From Aquificaceae bacterium (GTDB lineage: Bacteria; Aquificota; Aquificia; Aquificales; Aquificaceae): a stretch of 64,000 bases of DNA. The stretch spans positions 128,001-192,000 of the forward strand of contig JAXSNR010000002.1 of assembly GCA_037925075.1 (NCBI GenBank), written 5' to 3'. The notes beneath the pieces were generated by a model. That model was not told the origin of the DNA. It did no database searches and was given only the letters and a program-made list of their open reading frames with translations. Below, piece after piece: positions 33,211-41,949 of the stretch. The first letter of the stretch is position 1, and every line of letters begins with the position of its first letter. The position numbers were made by a program, and so were the translations under genes.

Positions 33211-33759
33211 TTAACCTCTCAAAAGTTTTAGAAACTCCTTCATTATCTCAGGCAAGTCTGGCCAAGCCCTACCAGAGACTAAGTTGCGGTCAACTACCAC
33301 ACCATCCACATACTCACCACCAGCCGTTTCAATGTCCGGTTTTAGAACAAAGAAGGCACTAACCTTCCTACCCCTTACTACATCTGCGGCTATCAGTAGT
33401 TGAGGGCCATGGCATAGGGTTGCCACAGGTTTTTCTTTTTCAAAAAAGTACCTTACAACATCTACCGCCTTGCGGTAGGTTCTCACATACTCCGGTGCTC
33501 GTCCGCCGGGTATAAACAAGGCTTCAAAATCTTCTGGGTTTACATCGTTGATATTTAAGTCCGCCTCTAATCTGTAGCCCAACTTTTCTGTATAGGTTTC
33601 CATCACATGAGGCTCAATGTCGTGGATCACTGTTTGAATAACTTTTCTTCCGGGCACCGCCACCTTTACTTGGTAGCCTTCTTCTTTAAGCCTGTAAGGG
33701 GAATAAAGTACCTCAAGAGATTTGTAAGCATTGCCCCTAAGTATGAGAACCCTTTTCAT
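33211..33759 (-). CDS. DJ-1/PfpI family protein
   Basis: IPGGRAPEY, nucleophile elbow LCHGPQ, VVDRNLVSGRAWPD. Confidence 0.92.
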   Translation of the reverse strand: MKRVLILRGNAYKSLEVLYSPYRLKEEGYQVKVAVPGRKVIQTVIHDIEPHVMETYTEKLGYRLEADLNINDVNPEDFEALFIPGGRAPEYVRTYRKAVDVVRYFFEKEKPVATLCHGPQLLIAADVVRGRKVSAFFVLKPDIETAGGEYVDGVVVDRNLVSGRAWPDLPEIMKEFLKLLRG

Positions 33760-33778
33760 GACCCTCCTTCTGCCTGAA

Positions 33779-33807
33779 AATATAAACCTATATCAGGATG
33801 TGGTCAA
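33779..33807 (-). promoter_or_regulatory. Sigma70-type promoter of the DJ-1/WrbA/IorAB operon
   Basis: Minus strand TTGACC (33807-33802), 17 bp spacer, TATATT (33784-33779); SD GGAGGG follows. Confidence 0.7.
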
Positions 33808-33826
33808 GAAGGGTTCTATTTAAGTT

Positions 33827-34090
33827 TTACCAGTCCCAGTGATGATGCCTTTTCCAGTGTTTGGGACCATGCTTTTGTATTATGATCACCCTTTCGTAAG
33901 GAGCGTAGTAGTATATAGGTTTAGGCTTTATTATAACAACTTCCGGATCTCTGTCCACATACACAATCCTTTTCTCAGGACAAGATGGATATCCAAGATT
34001 TACTCCAAAGGAAAAATAAACCCTCTCACCCGCTTTGCCTATTCCAGCCAAACTCAATAGTATTGCGGAAGCGACAAGAAACTTTTTCAT
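33827..34090 (-). CDS. Small exported hypothetical protein with His-rich C-terminus
   Basis: GGAGGAGGT SD; signal peptide MKKFLVASAILLSLAGIGKA; ends KHWKRHHHWDW. Confidence 0.8.
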   Translation of the reverse strand: MKKFLVASAILLSLAGIGKAGERVYFSFGVNLGYPSCPEKRIVYVDRDPEVVIIKPKPIYYYAPYERVIIIQKHGPKHWKRHHHWDW

Positions 34091-34172
34091 GGCACCTCCT
34101 CCTTATTGGGAAATATAGCCCCTTAAAAATGAAAAAAGGATGAAACTTGGTTGAATGCTTTAAATCTTTTTA

Positions 34173-34590
34173 TTGGACGGAAAAGTCCCTGTTGGAAGAA
34201 TTTTCAGTGAAGACATAGGTTGTCAGGCTCTGTTGGTAGATGAAGAGAGGAGGGTTGCCTTTTCCTCGGAGTGAGCGTTGGAGACTGTAAAGTATTATTT
34301 ATGAAGAGTTTACCCGAAGGATGCGTTCCTTGGTAATAGGACTGTAAGTATGCGGTGGGAGGTTTAAGGGGAAAGCTTTGGCATTTCTTTCTTGTGGATG
34401 TGAAGGGTAGGAAGGGTAAAGTCCTGTCTATGAGAGATGAAATATACATCCACAGTCTTGCAAAAGTTGAGGGAGGCTATGCGAAATTTGGACATTGTAG
34501 GATTTTCTGGTTAACTTTTCCCTCGTGCATTATGGATACGGTTCGCTTAGTAGGACCTCCTGCAACCGGGAAGACCGTGGAAAGCTCTAT
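34173..34590 (+). pseudogene. Probable decayed gene remnant
   Basis: Largest unassigned stretch in the window; purine-rich plus strand with interrupted protein-like frames, including a GPPATGKT Walker A-like motif at 34553-34576. Confidence 0.35.
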
Positions 34591-34603
34591 TAAAATAATC
34601 CTT

Positions 34604-35125
34604 ATGGCACTTATCATACCTTACAAGGGCAAGTATCCTTCCATACACCCTTCCGTGTTCCTTGCGGAAAACTCCACGGTTATAGGAGATGTGCAGATAG
34701 GTGAAGACTCTTCCGTTTGGTATGGTACTGTGATAAGGGGCGATGTCAATTACATACGCATAGGAAAGGGAACAAACCTTCAGGATAACTCGGTGGTGCA
34801 TGTGACCCATGACACTTACCCCACCATAGTGGGAGACTATGTAACCGTAGGGCATAGGGTGGTGCTACATGGATGCAAGATAGGTAATCATGTGCTTGTG
34901 GGTATGGGTGCGGTGGTGATGGATGGGGTAGAGATTGAAGATTATGTGCTTGTGGGAGCGGGAGCATTGCTTACGCCGGGCAAGAGGTTTCCCTCCGGTG
35001 TGCTTGTGGCAGGCTTTCCCGCAAAGGTAATAAGAGACCTAAGGGAAGAGGAGATAAGACTAATAGAAGAATCCGCAAAGAACTACATAGCATACAAAAA
35101 CTCCTACCTTACGCAAAAGCCATAA
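34604..35125 (+). CDS. Gamma-carbonic anhydrase family (YrdA/CaiE-like) hexapeptide-repeat protein
   Basis: IRGDVN.I.IG..TN.QD..VVH and VGH..VLHGC motifs; ATG 34604 preceded by TAAAAT. Confidence 0.92.
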   Translation: MALIIPYKGKYPSIHPSVFLAENSTVIGDVQIGEDSSVWYGTVIRGDVNYIRIGKGTNLQDNSVVHVTHDTYPTIVGDYVTVGHRVVLHGCKIGNHVLVGMGAVVMDGVEIEDYVLVGAGALLTPGKRFPSGVLVAGFPAKVIRDLREEEIRLIEESAKNYIAYKNSYLTQKP

Positions 35126-35939
35126 GAACATTACCTGCTACCATAAGAAAAGCGGGAAGAAGCAACCTTTCGGTTTTTTCTCTTAGGAAAAGCTTTCCGT
35201 AAATTAAAACCACAAGCAAGGAAAACCTTTCTGCGGAGGTCACATAAGAGGACAAGGTTAGAAACAGAGCAAGGTTGTAAAGTATATCACCTACCGCAAA
35301 GAAAAGTCCAAGGAGGGGAACTTCCCAGTGTTTATAGTTTTCTTTTTTAAGAACCTGAGAAGGCTTTACAAAAATCAAAGTGCCAAAGCTCATACAAAGG
35401 GTGTAAAACCAGCCAAAGAAAAGGCTGTTGCTTTCTATCACGGAAGCCTTTCCCATAACCACATTAAAACCAAAGAGGGCGGTGGAAAGGAGCATGTAAA
35501 GGGCTCCCCTGTTGGTTTTCATAAACTCCTTTGGTGAAAAACCCACTAGGATCAAAGTTGCCAAAATCACCATAGACATACCCATTATGCCCACGGAGGA
35601 AGGTCTTTCAGAGAGGATAAGCCAACCAAATAGGACGGAAAAGACCGGCATAAGGGAATAGAAGGACATAGCCACGGAAAGGGATGCGTGCTTTAGACCC
35701 TTTATAAAGAAAACGCCACCAAGGACCTCAAGAGGGAGCCAGATAAGGGCATACATGAAAACCTTATGGTTAAAATCCCAGTTAAGCAGGCCAAGAGGTG
35801 TAAGCAACATAAAGGCTACGGGAAACCTAACCCATAGGGTAAAGTTTTCATCAACCCCCTTTAACAAAACCCTTTTGCTTAGATAGTCGTTTGTACCCCA
35901 AAAGAGGGAAGATAGCAAAGCCAGAGAAAGTCCAAGCAT
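35109..35939 (-). CDS. EamA/DMT family transporter
   Basis: About 10 TMs in two repeats ending 'IL.ER' and 'FLREK'. Confidence 0.85.
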   Translation of the reverse strand: MLGLSLALLSSLFWGTNDYLSKRVLLKGVDENFTLWVRFPVAFMLLTPLGLLNWDFNHKVFMYALIWLPLEVLGGVFFIKGLKHASLSVAMSFYSLMPVFSVLFGWLILSERPSSVGIMGMSMVILATLILVGFSPKEFMKTNRGALYMLLSTALFGFNVVMGKASVIESNSLFFGWFYTLCMSFGTLIFVKPSQVLKKENYKHWEVPLLGLFFAVGDILYNLALFLTLSSYVTSAERFSLLVVLIYGKLFLREKTERLLLPAFLMVAGNVLMAFA

Positions 35940-35959
35940 TTGAAGTAAAATATTCTACT

Positions 35960-37084
35960 ATGCGTTATGAAAGAGTTTTTACGCCGGGTCCCGTGGAGCT
36001 TCCTGAGAGGATAAGGGAGGTCCTCGGAAGACAGATCATCCATCACAGAACGGAGGAATTTAAAAAAGCTTTTCTTGAGGTAAGGGAGCTTTTTAAGAGG
36101 CTTCTTGACGAGCCATCAGAAAACTTTGTATTTTTTGCCTCCTCTGGCACGGGAGCCATGGAGTCTGCGGTGCTTAACTTCTTCAAAGAAGGCGATAAGG
36201 TTCTTGTGATAAACGGTGGAAAGTTTGGCGAAAGGTGGCTAAAACTTGCCCACCATTGGGGTCTAAAGGCGGTAGAGTACAAGGTAGAATGGGGCAGGTC
36301 CGCAGATCCAGAGGAGGTAAGAAGGCTTCTCAAAGAAAACCCAGAGTGCAAAGGAGTGCTATTCCAGATTTCAGAAACATCTACGGGTGCATACCATCCA
36401 GCCAAGGAGATAGGTAGCCTTTGCAGGGAGTTTGATGTTTTGTGTGTGGCGGACGCCATAACAGCTCTTGGCGTTTATCACATAAAGCCTTCAGAATGGG
36501 GTCTTGATGTGGTGGTGGGTGGGTCTCAAAAGGGCTTTCTTTTGCCACCGGGGCTTTCTGTGCTTTGGTTTTCAGACAGAGCGGAGAAAAACCTTGTGGA
36601 TAGAGCCTTCTACTTTAGCATAAAAAAGGAGCTGTCAAAACAAAAAGAAGGTCAGACCGCATGGACGCCCGCCATAAGCCTGATACTTGCCATGAGAGAA
36701 TCCTTGCTTATGCTACTTGAAGAAGGCATGGAAAGGGTCGAAAAAAGGTACAGGGCGGTTTCCGAGGGAACATTAAGGGCTATTCAAGCCCTTGGGCTCA
36801 AAGGATTTGCTGAAAAGCCTTCCATCTCTGTGAGTGCCATAAGCTTTGAAAGGTCAGAAGACCTAAGAAAGGAGCTTTTGAAGCTTGGTGTAAGGGTGGC
36901 GGGAGGACAGGACGAGCTAAAGGGTAAGATATTTCGTATATCCCATATGGGTGTGGACCCAAAGGACGGTCTTATGCTTATTGGTATGATAGAGGCCCTT
37001 CTCAAAAGGCTTGGCTTTTCTATAAATCTTGGAGAGGGCGTAGGTAGGTACACCCAAACCCTTATGGAATACAAAATATGGTAA
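35960..37084 (+). CDS. Class V PLP aminotransferase (alanine-glyoxylate/serine-pyruvate family; candidate phosphoserine aminotransferase)
   Basis: TPGP, SGTGAME, ETSTG, DAI, GSQK (PLP lysine), FRISHMG; coupled to pspA. Confidence 0.88.
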   Translation: MRYERVFTPGPVELPERIREVLGRQIIHHRTEEFKKAFLEVRELFKRLLDEPSENFVFFASSGTGAMESAVLNFFKEGDKVLVINGGKFGERWLKLAHHWGLKAVEYKVEWGRSADPEEVRRLLKENPECKGVLFQISETSTGAYHPAKEIGSLCREFDVLCVADAITALGVYHIKPSEWGLDVVVGGSQKGFLLPPGLSVLWFSDRAEKNLVDRAFYFSIKKELSKQKEGQTAWTPAISLILAMRESLLMLLEEGMERVEKRYRAVSEGTLRAIQALGLKGFAEKPSISVSAISFERSEDLRKELLKLGVRVAGGQDELKGKIFRISHMGVDPKDGLMLIGMIEALLKRLGFSINLGEGVGRYTQTLMEYKIW

Positions 37085-37713
37085 AGCTTTACATCATAAG
37101 GCACGCGGAAAGCCAGTGGAACCCCGTAGGTAGGTATCAGGGGCTTCTTGACCCAGAGCTTTCAGAAAGAGGCAGAGAGCAGGCAAGAAGGTTGGGAGAG
37201 CATTTCAAAGATATAGAGCTTCAGGCCATATACTCATCTCCCTTAAAAAGGACTATGCAAACCGCTCAAGAGGTGGCAAGGAGAAAGTTCCTTGAGGTGG
37301 TGGAGGACAAAAGGGTTATAGAGATTGACCACGGGGTGTGGTCTGGTCTTTTGGTGGAAGAAGTACAGCAGAGGTTTCCAGAGCAGTTTAGACAGTGGCT
37401 CGAAGAGCCTCACAAGGTAAGCTTTGAAGCTGGTGAGAGTCTTCAAGAGGTCTACGAAAGGGTCAAGGATTTCCTTGAGGAGATAAAAGAAAGACATTGG
37501 GGGCAGGCTGTGGCGGTGGTCTCTCACACGGTGCCCATAAGAGCCCTCTACTGTGCCCTTTTGAAAGTAGACCTTTCTAAGTTTTGGTCCTTTGGCTGTG
37601 ATAACGCCAGCTATTCCTTGGTTCATATGGAAAGGGATAGGAATGTTATAATGAAGCTAAACATAACCTGCCATTTGGGGGATCTTTATGTGGAAGCCCA
37701 CAAGGCTCTTTAG
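37078..37713 (+). CDS. pspA: Metal-independent phosphoserine phosphatase (histidine phosphatase family)
   Basis: RHAES, EIDHG and C-terminal LNITCHLG..YVEAHKA closely match my recollection of Hydrogenobacter thermophilus PspA. Confidence 0.88.
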   Translation: MVKLYIIRHAESQWNPVGRYQGLLDPELSERGREQARRLGEHFKDIELQAIYSSPLKRTMQTAQEVARRKFLEVVEDKRVIEIDHGVWSGLLVEEVQQRFPEQFRQWLEEPHKVSFEAGESLQEVYERVKDFLEEIKERHWGQAVAVVSHTVPIRALYCALLKVDLSKFWSFGCDNASYSLVHMERDRNVIMKLNITCHLGDLYVEAHKAL

Positions 37714-40228
37714 TGTTTTTCTCTTGGTGGCTCTTGCCCTTGCCCAGCAGATAAGCAAGGAGTTTAACATAGATGTGGAGCTTACAAGCAAAATCTATGA
37801 AGAAAAGCCAAGGCTCATGCCTCCAGAAAGGATTCCTATGCCCGTAGTAAAAGAGCTTGACCTATCCTCTGAACTTCTTGAACCTCCAAGGTTTATGGAG
37901 TTTGCTCCAGTCAAACCTGTGGAAAAGGCTGGTGGTGTAAGCTGTGGAGAGCCAAAGGACGCCTTATCTTACAGGCTTGGGGTAGACTACTACCTTAAAG
38001 GTAAATACTCCCAAGCGGAGGAAGAGCTCTCAAAGGTTATCCTGATTGCCAACTCTCCCTTTAAGCCCATGGCGGAGTATGTACTGGGGATTATGGCTTA
38101 CAATAAGGCTCAAAGCGATAAAGCTCTTGAGCTTTTTAAGAGTTCATGCCAGTTTTCCCATATGTACCAAAAGCCCGCCTGCGAGGCTTACTATGGCTTG
38201 CACTTTATTCTAAGGGGATCCATACCTGAAAACAAGGATGGGCTTTGGCAAGCGGTGAAGAGTATAAAGGAGGGGAAGGTGCAAGAACCAGACTGTAAGG
38301 ATGCTGTCTTTTCCCAGTACTGTGTGTACGTGATGGACTTTGTAAAGGGAAAGGAAAACCTCCTTTACAAGGATAGTACCCTGCTTAGGTCTGCCATAGA
38401 GGGGTATTTTTCTGGAAACCTACACGATGCAAAAGGGATATTTTCCACCTACTCCACTCCGGGCAAGCCCTACAGAGACATAGCCCTTTATTACCTTGCC
38501 CTCATAGAATACAAGGAGAGTAAGGAAGATAAAGCCCTCAGGTACGCAAGCATATTGGAGAACCTAAATCCAAGGCTTGCGGGTGCACTCTACACCCTTA
38601 TATCCGAAAGGGATGCATATCTTTCAAGGCTTGCTTATACCCTTACAAAAAATCCTCACTTTTTGGAAAAGGCGGGCATAATTGCTTACAACGGAGGGGA
38701 TTATCCTCTTGCCCTTACCAATTTTCTTGAGGCAGGGAATATAAAATACGCGGTTTATTCTGCGGTCAGGATGGGGGACTACAAGAGGGTTATAAGCCTG
38801 TTAGAAAACAAAAAGGGCAAAGACAGGGAGGATTATATGTGGCTTCTTGAAGCCCTCTATTGGACTAACGGAGATATGAACCCTGTGCTTTCTGAAGTGA
38901 GGGGGCTATATCCTGACCTTGGCAGAGAGTTTACAGGGTGGGAAAGGTTCAGAGGTGGTGATTGGCTTGGAGCTCTGAGCTTTTTTGAAGACCCTTACTA
39001 CAAGGCTATAGCCCTTTACAACCTAAAAAGGTACAAGGGGGTCCTAAGCCTGCTTCAGGGGAGAACAGACCAGAGGTCAAGCCTCCTAAAGGCTCGCTCC
39101 GCCCTCATGATGGGGGATACAAAGCTGGCAAGAAGCTTTCTTACGGAAGGGTCAGACCAAGAGCTTTATCTTTTGGGAATGTCCTACTTTTTGGAGGGGA
39201 ATTACCAAAAGTCCATTTCCTTCTTCCAAAGGGTCTCAGACAAAAGCCCGCTTAAGCCAAAGGCTCTGTTAAGGATGGGTGATGCTTACTACAATGCGGG
39301 AGATGCGCAAAAGGCTAAGGAAAGCTACTATGAAGTTTTGCGCAGGCTTCCAGACAGTGAGGAGGCAAAGCAGGCGACACTTTCTCTCCTTGAGTTTTGG
39401 GGGAAGGGGGTCAGCGATGAGGAGATGGAAAGACTACTTTTGAGTTATATAGAAAGGGAAAAGAACCCACCACCCGAAATAATTTACCAGTATGCAAGCC
39501 TTTTGCAGAAAAAGAGAGACAAAGGAAGGGCAGAAAAGGAGTTTATCAAGCTTTTGGACACACCCCTGAAGTTCAAAGCCATTTTGAGGTTGGCGGAATT
39601 GGAGGAGGAAACCTCCAAAAAACTGGTGCTGTATTACAAGATATACAAGGAGGCGGAGCTCCAAGAGGATAGGATGAGAGCCAGGGAAGAACTTTTGAGG
39701 CTCTACACCTCATCGGGTGATACCAAAAGCCTTGCGGACATGCTTGCGGAAGGCGACAGCCAAGACAAGGTTAAAGCCTTAGGTCTTTATCTTGCGGTTG
39801 GTGATAAGGCTTCAGCCCTGTCCCTGTCTCGTAGCCTCATGAAAGAAAAATACAGAAGCGAAGAGTTTGAAAGATATCTCATAGACCTTTACAAGCATAC
39901 CCGGGAAACACCCTTGCTGGATTATGTGGTTGAAAGTCCCAATAAAAGCCTCAGTGGAGAAGCGCTTTTCCTTTTGGGACTTGATAGCCTCAAAAAGGGT
40001 GATAGGGAAAAGGCTCTGGAAAGTTTTGTGGATATATCCATCAACCACAAGGGAGAGCCTTACTACAATCAGGCAGTTTTAGAGGGTGCTAAAATACTTT
40101 TAGGCTTGGGAGCTAAGAAGGATGCAAGCTGTATGCTAGAGAGGCTTGACTTAAACAGTGCAAGCCCAGAGGATTTGGCTTTGTACAATAAGCTTAGACA
40201 GGGCTTACCAAGGTGTGAGGTGAGGTGA
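37688..40228 (+). CDS. Large exported tetratricopeptide-repeat protein
   Basis: Signal peptide; repeated 'Y.LG..Y' and 'ALLRMGDAYY' TPR helices. Confidence 0.85.
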   Translation: MWKPTRLFSVFLLVALALAQQISKEFNIDVELTSKIYEEKPRLMPPERIPMPVVKELDLSSELLEPPRFMEFAPVKPVEKAGGVSCGEPKDALSYRLGVDYYLKGKYSQAEEELSKVILIANSPFKPMAEYVLGIMAYNKAQSDKALELFKSSCQFSHMYQKPACEAYYGLHFILRGSIPENKDGLWQAVKSIKEGKVQEPDCKDAVFSQYCVYVMDFVKGKENLLYKDSTLLRSAIEGYFSGNLHDAKGIFSTYSTPGKPYRDIALYYLALIEYKESKEDKALRYASILENLNPRLAGALYTLISERDAYLSRLAYTLTKNPHFLEKAGIIAYNGGDYPLALTNFLEAGNIKYAVYSAVRMGDYKRVISLLENKKGKDREDYMWLLEALYWTNGDMNPVLSEVRGLYPDLGREFTGWERFRGGDWLGALSFFEDPYYKAIALYNLKRYKGVLSLLQGRTDQRSSLLKARSALMMGDTKLARSFLTEGSDQELYLLGMSYFLEGNYQKSISFFQRVSDKSPLKPKALLRMGDAYYNAGDAQKAKESYYEVLRRLPDSEEAKQATLSLLEFWGKGVSDEEMERLLLSYIEREKNPPPEIIYQYASLLQKKRDKGRAEKEFIKLLDTPLKFKAILRLAELEEETSKKLVLYYKIYKEAELQEDRMRAREELLRLYTSSGDTKSLADMLAEGDSQDKVKALGLYLAVGDKASALSLSRSLMKEKYRSEEFERYLIDLYKHTRETPLLDYVVESPNKSLSGEALFLLGLDSLKKGDREKALESFVDISINHKGEPYYNQAVLEGAKILLGLGAKKDASCMLERLDLNSASPEDLALYNKLRQGLPRCEVR

Positions 40229-40229
40229 T

Positions 40230-40844
40230 ATGGAAGGACTTTTTGAGCTACTTCAAAAGGGTGGGCTTGCCATGTATCCCCTCCTTTTTCTTTCTGTGCT
40301 CTCTTGGGCTGTTATAGTGGAACGTCTCCTTAATCTTCGGGCTTCCCTTTACGCGAGCAGGTCTGTGAAAGACCTTAAGCCTCTTATCGCAAGTGGAGAC
40401 TTAGAGGGTGCCCTAAAACTCCTCTCCACAGACAACTCCTTTACCGCAAACCTCCTTAGGGATATGCTACAGAGATACAAGGAGGGAAAGGTTTCCAAAG
40501 AAGAGATGATAAAAAGCCTTGACCTTGAGCTTTCCCTTCTTGTACCAAAGGTGGAGAAGAATTTGCCCTTGCTATCCACCGTGGCAAGCGTTGCACCCCT
40601 TATAGGCCTTTTTGGAACCATAACAGGTCTTATAAAGGTCTTCTCAGCCTTTGCGACCGCAAACCCTGAACAGGCAATGGTTCTGCTTTCAAAGGGTATA
40701 AGTGAAGCCCTTGTAGCTGCAGCCACAGGTCTTGCGGTTGCCATACCCGCTCTTATCGCCTACTGGCTTTTTAGGATATGGGGCAACAGCATACTCAACA
40801 GGATAGAGTCTGAGGTTTTTGAGGTTTTGAGGATGTTAAGATGA
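40230..40844 (+). CDS. exbB: MotA/TolQ/ExbB proton channel protein
   Basis: APLIGLFGTI.G and GISEAL..ATGL.VAIPA. Confidence 0.88.
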   Translation: MEGLFELLQKGGLAMYPLLFLSVLSWAVIVERLLNLRASLYASRSVKDLKPLIASGDLEGALKLLSTDNSFTANLLRDMLQRYKEGKVSKEEMIKSLDLELSLLVPKVEKNLPLLSTVASVAPLIGLFGTITGLIKVFSAFATANPEQAMVLLSKGISEALVAAATGLAVAIPALIAYWLFRIWGNSILNRIESEVFEVLRMLR

Positions 40845-41233
40845 GAAAAAGAAGGCTAAGCTACGATGAAAGAACTTACATAGATGTGGTCCCCCTTGTG
40901 GATACGCTCCTTGCGGTTTTTCTCTTCCTTGCGGTTCTTGCCTTTCAGTCCCCCATAACCTTCCTTGCGGTGAAACTTCCCTTTGCAAAGGAAGGAGAAA
41001 AGCTCAGCCTTGAGGTTTTTAGGGTTCAGGTCTTGAGGGATGGAAGGTATCAGGTGGGTGGAAAAGAGGTTAGCCTTGAGCAGATAGAGATGGAGTTGCA
41101 ACAGAAAAAGCCAAAAACCCTTATGGTGGAGGCGGATGAGGATGTGGCTCACAAGTTTGTGGTTGCACTCATGGACTTGGGCAAACGCAGTGGGGTTGAG
41201 AATGTGCTTATAGGCGTTAGAACAAGGAGATGA
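40841..41233 (+). CDS. exbD: ExbD/TolR protein
   Basis: I.VVPLVD TM with the conserved Asp; C-terminal ADEDV motif. Confidence 0.87.
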   Translation: MRKRRLSYDERTYIDVVPLVDTLLAVFLFLAVLAFQSPITFLAVKLPFAKEGEKLSLEVFRVQVLRDGRYQVGGKEVSLEQIEMELQQKKPKTLMVEADEDVAHKFVVALMDLGKRSGVENVLIGVRTRR

Positions 41234-41949
41234 GCCCTTCTCTCAAAAAGCTCATAGCCCTTATCCTTTTACCCCCAAACCTTTTTATCCTTCTGTTTCT
41301 CCTTATAGCCTTCCTTTCTAAAAGAAGGATTGTTGGCTTGCTTGCCCTTTCTGGTGCCCTTGCTCTCTATCTAATTTCGGTGGAGCCAGTAAAGGACATG
41401 CTTTACAGACCTTTGGAGGGAGCATACCCTGTCCCAGGGGAGGTGCGGGCGGATGCCCTTGTGGTCCTTGGAGGGGGCTCTTACAACACGGGACTTCTCA
41501 AGGAAGATTCCATGAAAAGGCTTCTTACGGGCTTTATACTTCACAAAAGGCTTGGCTTGCCCATAATTCTCTCTGGGGGTGCAAGTATAGGAGGACTTCC
41601 TGAAGCTGAGATTATGAAACAGCTTCTTGAGGAGCTTGGTGTGGACGAAAAGGATATAATCACAGAAGTGAAAAGTAGGGACACCCTTGAAAACGCCAAG
41701 CATGTAAAAGAAATATGCGACAGAAAAGGTTTTAGAAGGATAGCCCTAATAACATCCGCCTATCACATGCCAAGGGCTATGGAAATCTTCAAAAGGGCGG
41801 GAATGGAAGTGGTGCCCTATCCCACAGACTTCAAGCAAGACAAAAGCTATAATCTCTACAGCTTCATTCCCCGGGCAAGCGTCCTCAACGACAGCTACAA
41901 AGCCCTAAAAGAATACTTAGGCTTTATGGCTTACGGCGTGCTTTATTAG
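41230..41949 (+). CDS. YdcF/ElyC (DUF218) family protein
   Basis: VVLGGG, LSGG, SRDTLENA, ITSAYHMPRA, KEYLG. Confidence 0.9.
   Translation: MSPSLKKLIALILLPPNLFILLFLLIAFLSKRRIVGLLALSGALALYLISVEPVKDMLYRPLEGAYPVPGEVRADALVVLGGGSYNTGLLKEDSMKRLLTGFILHKRLGLPIILSGGASIGGLPEAEIMKQLLEELGVDEKDIITEVKSRDTLENAKHVKEICDRKGFRRIALITSAYHMPRAMEIFKRAGMEVVPYPTDFKQDKSYNLYSFIPRASVLNDSYKALKEYLGFMAYGVLY

Noticed and set aside
34175..34190. GGACGGAAAAGTCC resembling the RNase P RNA GAGGAAAGUCC motif
   Set aside because: Imperfect match, and none of the other conserved RNase P RNA elements are visible downstream
34355..34603. Apparent ATPase-motif/gamma-CA fusion (256 aa ORF)
   Set aside because: The family start and a -10 box support ATG 34604; the upstream part looks like a remnant that is in frame by chance
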